From Antedon mediterranea (lineage: Eukaryota > Animalia > Echinodermata), in contig NC_092676.1 of the NCBI RefSeq assembly GCF_964355755.1, forward strand, positions 8,471,888-8,535,887: 64,000 bases of DNA. The letters are read 5' to 3'. The notes beneath the pieces are model-generated. The model saw only the letters and a list, made by a program, of their open reading frames with translations. It was not told the origin of the DNA and did not search any database. The translations under genes and the position numbers were made by a program. Positions within the stretch are counted from its first letter, which is position 1; the number at the start of each line of letters is the position of its first letter. Positions 54,081 to 64,000 of this stretch are shown piece after piece.

Positions 54081-55379
54081 CTATTTAACGTTGTACCTTT
54101 TTAAAGTTTCTGTCTCTCATTATGCATTCACTAATTGTTCATCTCTACATAATTCTACAAATTTACTATTTTTTCAGAATCTTTTCATCATAGAATTATA
54201 TGTACCAAAAGTATTGATCCAAATTTTGTTATAATTTCTTGATTCCTAATATTAAATTGAATTTAATTGAAACGTGATGACGTAAATTTAATTTCTTAAT
54301 GTATGTATTATATGCATTATTATTTAATCAGAGTAGGGCTTTTCAATGATTGTCTACACACACCTAAGGCTTGAATGCTAGAATACTCGATGTAACCTAT
54401 GCACAGGGTAAATTAAGCGAAAAATATAACGCGTTGCCATTGATCAGTTAAGTAGAGTTTGATTGCAAAGATGTGAAGCACCGGCCCACAGGAAGCCTGT
54501 GGTTGCCTGCCCCAAGGAGGCCTCAAGATACACTTTAAGTATTTTACGTCTAAATTAAATCATGAAGAGTTGAATAAATAATGACGAATGGCTTGTACTA
54601 AGAAATGGTATTGATGATAATGGTATAGACATTTAAATGAAATCTCAAAAAGTGCAAAGAAATATATTATTATCTAAAGTACACTTGTAGAACCCCTTTA
54701 AAGGGGACACAGGGGAGTAGAGATTTTACTATATTTTAAATCTGTCTTATAATAAAAAATATATTGATACAATTTTAATTTCTCCTGAAAGATGACGATT
54801 TATCATCCCTAATTAGACACTCCCGTGAAACGGAAAAAAGGGATGATATACATATTCAGTGAACTAGGGGACTTTTGTTTGGTCCTAATGTGTCTCCTTC
54901 TGAGGTTCTACTGTTCATATATTTATTAATGTCAATTAATAATTACTAACAGTACGTCTTGAAATTAGACATTATTTAATTTGATATATAATTTCATCTT
55001 TACAATCTTCGTCAACTCGGCAATTACGGTACGGGATGCAAATAAATGGTTTGATGGTCAATAAACGAAATCTTATTATGGAGCTTAAGGCCACCTTCTG
55101 ATTGGATTAAATGATTATCAGAGAGCATGAACGTTATCTGGTAGCTGTTTCGCACTTGGATGAGATAGCGTGACAGGTTTACTAAAATGCATGATTTTTG
55201 TCTTAACCATTATTCAGTGTAAACTTTAATAACAAAGATATAATGAATGGATAAATGCAGTATAACCTCTATTAAAGGGACAACTTCAGGAACCAACAAA
55301 ATGTTCTCTTAATAGAGGACATTATCCCTCAATATGGGTTGGCCGTAGTGCTAAAACATGTATTTCTCTTTCTTATGAG

Positions 55380-55698
55380 TTTGTTTGTTTGTTTGTTTTA
55401 TCTTTATACTGGGTGACCTCTTCAGTCAAAGACTGATCTCCCAGATTGCCCAGTTGGTGATCAGTGGCTGTGATGTACTAATACACCGGGGTAACCCCCT
55501 ACTCGTCTCGAAAGATATACTAGGTTCTTTAAAGTGCACACGAGCAAGTTGTGTACACTGGACCTACAGTTTATAGTCCTTATCCGAGAAGACTCGTTCT
55601 ACCACCAGAACCATGGAGTGAGTGAGCCTCGAACCCCTGCCGATGTTATGGCTACGTGATTACGGTTCCACTGTCTTAACCGCTCGGCCACTCACTCA
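55380..55698 (-). mobile_element. Full-length tRNA-derived SINE with Deu-like domain, nested in a family C MITE
   Basis: A box TGGCCGAGCGG, B box GGTTCGAGGC, central domain resembling the AmnSINE/DeuSINE core, (CAAA)n tail. Confidence 0.88.
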
Positions 55699-56950
55699 CA
55701 GTTATGTGTCCTTTGAATAGGGGTGTCCTAAAAGACTACTATAAAAGGTTTAGAATTGTTTTATATAGTATATTTGTATTGATATTAGATAGGTACCACC
55801 ATTATTTATATATATTTCCTCCATGTTTCCTATGTTTAAAAAGTTATGAGTTATAAACAAAACAATTAAAAAAAAAATGATTTCTCTTTTATAAAAAGGC
55901 AATACATTGAAGAGTTTAATCAGACATAGTCAACTTTTTTTATATCTTTAAATATGGTAAATTTTGTTTTGTTTTTATCCAATTTTTTTTCGAAGTCAAT
56001 AAACATGTAATATTTTAATAATTATTAATTATTTTTTAAAGAGAGAGATTCATAGTCATCATAATAATATATGTTTAACTATATTGTACCTATCTTTAAA
56101 TAGCCACTTATGGTAAGTCAATATTGGTACTGATTATACTACTTATCTGTTAAATGTACTTAAGGATTACGTTTGTTAATAATAATAAACATTTTGTAGA
56201 CGTTATATCATTAGACAATTATCCCATCACAAATATGCGAGTTATTGATAAATTATTCGTGTCCTCATAAATAATTCATAACTATATCTACAAATAAGCA
56301 TAAATTATGTAAATTCTATAGTATTATTTATGGTAAATAAGGATCTTTTGAACTGAAAATGATATATTTCTGATAGATTCTTGTGTATGATTATATAAAC
56401 ATAACACCAAACCAATAATGATTGTTATTATCTCATAAATTGTCCACCTCTAGGTTAATTTAATTTATATAAAATTAATATTTGAATCTAAATGAAATAT
56501 TGAAATGTTAAACACAATATACATTCATAAAATCAAATTCAAATTTATATGTTATCTTTCAAACATCAAATCATCAAAATATTTTACAAGCTCGTTGATG
56601 AGGTCAAAGGTTAAACAGCCTTGATAGAATGTACAATCAATAATGAAACAAAGGGTGGCGCTTGTGTATGTGAACAAATTAAATGAGTTTATAAACCTGG
56701 AGAAGCTTAGTCATTCAAAATAAGATTGATTTTTTTTCTTTTACAATGGGGAATTATTTTCTTAGTGCAATTAACCGTGGTGAAATGTACTAGTCTTATT
56801 TTCACTTTTATCCATTCTACCATGAATCATACCTAGTAAAGATACTGAATCACCCCACTTATTAGGGTATGTATACAGCAGACACCCTATTAAGAGGACA
56901 CCTTTTGGACCCGACAAAGTGTCTCATAAATAGAGACAACTCTTTAATAG

Positions 56951-57680
56951 AGTTGGCTGTAGTGTTATAACATATTTTCCCCTTCCCCTTGTCTGTTTCA
57001 CGGGAAAGTGTTCCTTTATTGAGTGTGTCTCCTGCATAGGGGTTGGCTGTAGTGTTATAACATATTTTCCCCTTCCCCTTGTCTGTTTCACAGGAAAGTG
57101 TTCCTTTATTGAGTGTGTCTTCTGCATAGGGGTTGGCTGTAGTGTTATAACATATTTTCCCCTTCCCCTTGTCTGTTTCACGGGAAAGTGTTCCTTTATT
57201 GAGAGTGTCTCCTGCATAGGGGTTGGCTGTAGTGTTATAACATATTTTCCCCTTCTCCTTGTCTGTTTCACGGGAAAGTGTTCCTTTATTGAGGGTGTCT
57301 CCTGCATAGGGGTTGGCTGTAGTGTTATAACATATTTTCCCCTTCCCCTTGTCTGTTTCACGGGAAAGTGTTCCTTTATGGAGAGTGTCTCCTGCATAGG
57401 GGTTGGCTGTAGTGTTATAACATATTTTCCCCCTTCCCTTGTTTGTTTTTTGGGAAATTGTTCTATTAATGGGAGTGTCTCTTGCATAGGGGTTGGGTGT
57501 TATGTTATACACATATTTTCTCCCTTTCTCCTTTTTCGTTTAATGGGAAAGTGTTCTTTTAATGGTGGTGTTTCCTGAACAGTGGTGTGGCTATAGTTTT
57601 GACATATATTTCCTTTAATGGGGTGTCTCCTTAATAGGTGTTGGCTGTAGTGTTATAACATATATTTTTTCCCCTTCTCC
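56951..57680. repeat. 90-bp tandem array (~8 units, last ones degenerate) inside a family C MITE starting at 56876
   Basis: GTTGGCTGTAGTGTTATAACATATTTTCCCC recurring near 56951, 57041, 57131, 57221, 57311, 57401 and beyond. Confidence 0.95.
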
Positions 57681-58377
57681 TTGTTCATTTCTTTGGGAGT
57701 TATAGACTATACCCAGGGAAAAAATGCATTTCTTGTAAAAACTCATCTGAACTGGCTAGAGAGAGGCCTACATCCACACCAAAAGTCAATACTGAAAATA
57801 ATACACAGGGATATATATCTGAAATCAGACATAAAGTAGGGAGGTGGGATTAGACCCGAAGTGGAATTATACCCGAGGATATACGGTAACCATGTATTAC
57901 TCGATCGTCTTAGGTCGCATCTAACACAACTCAACTACAGTAATAAAAGACATTAAATTAAATTTATGTTTCTACAAAATTAATTTTATGAGAAAATATG
58001 ACATGTTTAATATTTGATATGAGCATGTTGTCTATTAACTCATGTTACACTGCCTTTCATCTATGGTACATAAATATTATTTACTAGCACTTAGTGCACT
58101 TCTCAGCTCTAGCTCCAGTATAAATGATTAATGTGTCTAATATTTTTAGCGAGAAGTAATTTCATTACATATTTATGTTTAAAAAAATATAAAAGCTAGA
58201 AAACAAATGCAATATTATAAAATATAATGAGTAATAATAAATATAGAATAGAGATTTGACAGTAGACATGTTTAAAGGTAAAAAGAATATGTATTAATAC
58301 AATTAGATATTATTAACAATATACATTATAATATCATTCATATAATAAGAACATTTATCATTCAGAATTGAATACAT

Positions 58378-58732
58378 TTTTTTAATTTATTTATTCGACT
58401 TGTCACTAACTCAGTTAGTGAAGGATGGACCAACAGGTGGTAAACACCTCTAAAACGGCCCAGTCCCAATTTGCACAGTGGCTGTGTGTGACAGTGGCTG
58501 TGTTTGTGTGGACTAGTACACCGGGGGTAACCCCCTACTCGTCTCGAAAGATGTACTAGGTTCTTTAAAGTGCGCATGAGCTATGTGTACACTGGACCTA
58601 CGGTTTATAGTCCTTATCCGAGAAGACTCGTTCTACCACCAGAACCATGGAGCGAGTGAGCCTCGAACCCTTGCCGATGTTATGGCTACTTAATTACGGT
58701 TCCACTGTCTTAACCGCTCGGCCACTCACTCA
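58378..58732 (-). mobile_element. Full-length tRNA-derived SINE with Deu-like domain
   Basis: Head and core nearly identical to the 55.4 kb copy; different 3' tail ending AATAAATAAATTAAAAAA. Confidence 0.88.
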
Positions 58733-59094
58733 TCCGTACATTGTGTATAAAGTTGTATATTTTTCTTATGTTACATAATTATCTCCAAATATAATTTATA
58801 TTAGTGTTTATACTATATACTTAAAAACAACAAGAATAAATGAAAGATGTTGTTACTGTTTAATAGTACTATTAATACCTTACCTTTACATGACACGTAA
58901 GACAATTTATCCATGTCTTTATGGCAATATTGATACGAGAATAAACCTAAAATAAACAAAGTAATTAAGATTATTATAGAAATACAAACAACATTATTTA
59001 TAGTTGTAGACGTGTTTAAGTCAGTCAGCTACTGGTCAGTAAATGTGTTGTCGTCGTCAGGAATGACTTAATATTTATTCACATTTTCTATTAA

Positions 59095-59280
59095 AGATAT
59101 ATTGTTCCCCTAAAAAAAAATTTTAAAAAATTGTTTTTCTTGAATATGCCATTTTAATGTCAAATAATTAATTTTGGCCAAAAACTGGATAAAAAAAAAA
59201 ACACCCAATTATATTCCTGGAAAAAAATGCAATTTAAAGCAAAAAATACCTAAATTGTCTGTCAGACAAACTTTTTGGTT
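59095..59280. mobile_element. MITE family B partial copy
   Basis: TTAA|AGATATATTGTTCCCC then TGAATATGCCATTTTAATGTCA as in 49835 copy. Confidence 0.7.
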
Positions 59281-60508
59281 ACAAAAAGTAATTACAAGAT
59301 CTTTACCAAAATGAATAGACAGATAGATATGTAATCAAGGACCATTCCATTAAATTTTGGGACCATTTGGGACCACAGTCCAAATTCTGGACCACTTTTT
59401 AGTGTACTTTTTTAGACCTGCTAGTGTTAAAAGATAGGACAGAATTTTTCAAAAGCCGGCGAGCAGTCTTAAAGTAACAAGTAAACTGAAATTGCATTTT
59501 CTCGAGAACTACTTGACCAAAAAACTTCATTTTTTAACAAGAGGCAAGAGTTATAATTTGTGATTTGTAATTTTAAAACATAATTTGATTTAATGTGCAC
59601 GTTTTTTGATGCGAGTAGTTTAAAAAAACTATTTCTTTTCAAATTCACTCGTTTGATTTTCGCGTTGCTGTTCTATTGTTAGTCAACTGAAGCTATTGTT
59701 AATTGAAAGGCTTGTTACATAACCATTACACCAAACTCGCATACACATGCTTGTAATGAAATTAGCCTAAATCACAAACAGCATTAAGACACACAAATAT
59801 ATATATTTTTTTTTACCGGAGAAATCTTATGTAGGAGAATTTTACAGTAGGCACTCTCGGAGTGTCTTTCTAGTTTTTGATGTTTTTGATTTTTGATGTT
59901 TTTAATAATTAGGTATTTCACTAAAAAACTAAGAATTTCATAAATAATAGTAATTATTATTATTATATATTTCCAATTTGGTATTCACTTTGAATTTTGA
60001 GAAATTTTTATTTTTAGGGTGTTTCTCTCTTGGACACTGAGAGATCAAAGTTGTTACACATGTATGTTTCAGAGTCTATCACTCAACAGAGTTGACAACT
60101 GGTTGTCTAAAAGGAGGTAAATGTTCAGCTACTATATAGCAATATTATATAGTTAGAATATCTTTTTGCATTTTGCATCGGTTTTCAGCATATTATGGTT
60201 ATATATAATGGCGAAGAAGAGACAATGTATTGGTGGTAATGAGAATGGAAGTGTTTGTGAATGAGATGAGGTTTGACTGAATATATGGTATAGGGATATT
60301 TGACATAGGCGGATCAAAGTAAGGGGAACCTTTTTTGGGCCTTGGGGCTTCCCTATTTCAAAATCCTTGATCTAGCATTATAGCCCCAAGTTGTCAAAAA
60401 AATAGTTGTTTAGTTGTTAGTTTATTATGCCTAACCAAAGAGTGTAGATAAAGGAAGGAGTACAATGTTATACTGTTAAAAAAGTGACTCTTCATGGAAA
60501 TGGAAAAA

Positions 60509-60520
60509 CAAGATGGCGGC
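60509..60520 (+). promoter_or_regulatory. YY1 consensus site CAAGATGGCGGC
   Basis: Match to the long YY1 motif in a locally GC-richer patch; function untested. Confidence 0.4.
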
Positions 60521-60971
60521 TGCAATCGACATTCAATAGGCCAGTCACGCCTCCTACGCACTATCATTAATCATGAAGTACTCTTTTACATTCTTGCGTG
60601 CTATATGCAACATAGTGTGTTGAGCGTATTAAGACAAGAACATATTTTATAGATCCTTGTATGCAAAATTGCTAGACATCTACCAAGAAATTATTCACGT
60701 CATTATGATTAACAGTTCATTTAATTCAAAACTTGACTGTGCTCTAATAAGAATACCTGTATTGATTTATGTGTTCTTAATTGAATTATTTAAATAATCT
60801 TATTTACATTTTTGTATATATTTATATTGGCTTATATTTTATAGTTTAGTTATTTTATTTTCAACCTGTTATTGGTGTTTTACTAGATATATTAGATTAT
60901 ATTATTTTATACTAAATAATGTTTTTGAACAAATTTACTAGGGCCATATTTCTCTCATCCTGTTAGAAATA

Positions 60972-61103
60972 ACATTCTGTCAGGAGTCTGCCTTCTAGCC
61001 AATCACATTCTGTCAGGAGTCTGCCTTCTAGCCAATCACATTCTGTCAGGAGTCTGCCTTCTAGCCAATCACATTCTGTCAGGAGTCTGCCTTCTAGCCA
61101 ATC
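60972..61103. repeat. Perfect 33-bp tandem repeat x4, each unit with a CCAAT box
   Basis: ACATTCTGTCAGGAGTCTGCCTTCTAGCCAATC. Confidence 0.95.
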
Positions 61104-62420
61104 TTTTAAACTAATACTCTATATGTACCTTGACTATGGAGTCTGGAGTCCGAAGTTAACATTAGATTTTGCTTGTCAGGCTCATTGAGTGTTTTATCAG
61201 ACTGAATTTGATTGATTCTTTGGACACCTGTTATCAACTTATTTTATATCAACATCTTAAATATATTTAATAGATTTTAAATTATCATTTAATGTACAAT
61301 AGATGAATGATAATGATAATTATATAAGAAAAATAATAACAATATTGATGTTACTAAGAAAGATACTTGCCCCGATTTGAAAGATCATTGCTAATAATTA
61401 TTAATAGTTATATCATGTGTAAAGTTATTAAATTTTATCTTTGTATTAATCATTACGATATAAAACCTACAATTATAAGAAGCCTTTATTTACATATTAG
61501 TTTTAGATCTTGGATGGTCACCAACCTGTAATTATTTTTTTTTGCTGGTCTTTGCAATCGACTGTTTCATTAACAGTCTTATCACTTTACCTAATAAAAA
61601 AGACGCTAACTAATCCAATTGATTATCACAAAAATTAAAAACAAATGTGGGAAACTTTAGGTCCCCAAACATTTACTCAAACATTAGGACTACTTGGTGC
61701 AATATTTTTTGTATTTCGATGTTTTTTAAGGGGCAATTACTGACTCTTTGAGTTATAGTAATTGTTTTACTTTAGTTGCCCCTGACCATTGTGCTTTGTT
61801 TCTGTTCTGTATCTGTTTATTGGTTGAATAAATAAAATAAAGAAAAAGAAAAAAAAAGAATTACTAATTTGCTTAATTTTATGACAGTTTGTATACAAGT
61901 CTCCTGGAGAGGTCAGATAAAAAAGCAGCCTTCCCCTTAAATAATCACACCAAACCAAACATATACACAAACTCTTATTATAAGTCTTTGTGAATGGATT
62001 TGTTCTGTCATCATGGGAAAAAAAACTTAACAGCAGATAGGATTTGAACCCATGATCCTTAGATAGGTAGCCGAGCTAAATGCATCAATTTTGTTTAAAT
62101 GAAATCTGTTTTGATATTTTTTGTATAAAAAGAGCCATATTATGTTTTGTAACTTTAAAAGTTACTTTATTATTATTTTGTATAAATTCTTAATGTAACC
62201 AAGTAATTTATATGGTTTTATGAAATGAAATACAGGAAATAAATAATTAAAAAACAAACCAAAAAACAAAAAAATAATAATGCATCAATTTTCCTTCAAT
62301 ACAAAAATGGCTATATTATAATAGTATTTGTACATATGTATATTACTTTACATATTTCTCTTCTGTCTACTTTCACAGTCATTTAATTATTAATTATTAA
62401 TTTGTCAAAATTTTATTTAA

Positions 62421-62764
62421 AGATGTATTGTCCCCCTGAAAAAATAATTCTTAAAACATTTTTTTTTAAATATTTCATTTAAATGTAACATAATAGTTAT
62501 CCACTTTGACCAAAAATTGGATCTAAAAAAATGTATTTACCTGAAAAAAAATGTAATTTAAAGAAAAAAATGGTCAAATTGGCTGCCAGCCAATGGATTT
62601 TTGGTTGAATTTAACCATTTATTTTGTCATTTTATAAGTGAAAACATTATTTTTTTTCATTTTTTTTCTATGGAAGTGATTAACTAAATTAAAACTACAA
62701 AATAAAATATTCAGTCTGATTTAATTAATCTTTATTTGGGGGGGGGGGGGGGGACAATACATTT
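62421..62764. mobile_element. MITE family B full copy with TTAA TSD
   Basis: TTAA|AGATGTATTGTCCCCC...GGGGACAATACATTT|TTAA. Confidence 0.85.
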
Positions 62765-62902
62765 TTAATATATTATATTTATTGAAGGAAGAAATAAATG
62801 TTTTGTTGAGATAGAAAATTGTAATTATTAAACTTTTAACAGAAGGCAAATGAAAACCCAAAGTTAGGAGATCTTGGCTGACATTTATGAATCTTTTTAC
62901 TT

Positions 62903-63217
62903 AATAATAATAATAATACCACATTTATATAGCGCCCTTTTCATGAGTAATCATGTTCAAAGGCGCTTTACAAGCATTATTACCCCAGTATTTTTTTGGG
63001 ATCAAACACGTATGGAAACATACTCCCATAATGCAGCCGGTAAGCAGCGCAAAGTTGTGTCTAGATCTAACTGAGTACCCATTTATACACCTGGGTGGAG
63101 AGAGGCAACGTAAGTAAAGTATCTTGCCTACGGATACAAGCAATGCGGCGAGAGTTGGATTCGAACCTAGGTCTGATGATCGGTAGTCCAACGTCCAACA
63201 CATTGCGCCACACGCCC
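62903..63217 (-). mobile_element. tRNA-derived SINE with CORE-like domain and L2-type tail
   Basis: TGGCGCAATG A box, GGTTCGAATCC B box, GGCAAGATACTTTAC..CCACCCAGGTGTATAAATGGG, tail TGTAAAGCGCC..GGCGCTATATAAAT(TAT)n. Confidence 0.85.
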
Positions 63218-64000
63218 TTAAGTCACTTAACAGTACTTAAGTGAATAAGTAAAAGTTTAAAGAAAAAACAATATGCAAAAATATGGCCAGATGATATTTG
63301 CCTTAATCTGATGTAATTTTGTATTTTATATTAATACTTATGTTTTTTTGAAAATTGTCTGAAGTCTAACTTTGTTATGTAAAAATCTCATGCTATAGTA
63401 AAGATTAGTTTCATGTATGTATATATACTGTCAACAACATATAAGGACCCTATTAAAAACATATATTAAACTTGGGTAAATACTAACAACATATGTTTGG
63501 AAGAGAAAGTTAAAATAGTGTAAAATGAAGCATTTTGTTTCGCTCTAGTGCTAAAACACATTGAGTCTAGCTGACACTCAAAATAGAAAATGCATTTTTG
63601 ATATGAGAATAATATTTACAGATATTATATACTTTGCATTATGATACTAATATAATAGAGTTTCTATTTGGAATATAGGATATACAAATAATTGTTTATA
63701 TTATTATCATTATTATTATTATTTGAATGTTAAAATACAAATTTACCTAAAAAATGTTAGTGTTTATCTTTTTATTATTGTTAGATAGGCAATGCATAAT
63801 CGTTTGTAGAAATAACTATCTTGGGCCTATCTATTGAAATCTATTTGTGATGTAGATTTTTTGATAGAATATATTGTAGTTGAAAAATACAATATATTTC
63901 TTAGCACGACAAATTAATTACATGTGGAAATTGTACACATTATTAGGCCTAGGTTAAATAGTTAAATCGTTTTTTTAGAGGAATACAGAGGAGTTGTACA

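Noticed and set aside
53235-54234. Three overlapping ORFs of 274-297 aa
   Set aside because: Produced by a pyrimidine-rich minisatellite lacking stop codons in all three + frames
56862-57512. 216-aa and 187-aa repeat-protein ORFs
   Set aside because: Translation of a 90-bp MITE-derived tandem array, open in two frames, with no splice or domain support
62925-63203. 92-aa ORF
   Set aside because: Lies entirely within a SINE

Overview
AT-rich animal genomic DNA, probably an invertebrate deuterostome such as an echinoderm (inferred from a Deu-domain SINE and the PHF21A sequence). Bases ~3.1-13.3 kb carry the 3' coding exons of a + strand PHF21A/BHC80 homologue (polyQ, 'FMAALDL..KRSERKRRTTANP' block, split AT-hook, PHD finger, coiled coil). 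A long 3' UTR probably runs to ~16.7 kb. Main finding: the phase-1 donor in the middle of the AT-hook (after 4559, KRRR-G) has three in-frame acceptors, all AG|GG. (1) 8169 is the canonical exon completing the AT-hook (GRPPK). (2) 9101 is a 26-nt microexon (GHPTESGRD) with the same phases that would destroy the AT-hook; it parallels the neuronal microexon of mammalian PHF21A. (3) 6389 is a 923-nt terminal exon encoding a pogo/CENP-B-type double helix-turn-helix that would replace AT-hook, PHD and coiled coil. Together they suggest a three-way splicing switch of DNA-binding mode. This is predicted from sequence alone, with no transcript evidence. The remaining ~47 kb has no convincing protein-coding gene: MITEs of several families, SINEs, L2 fragments, minisatellites, CpG-richer islands and possible non-coding exons.
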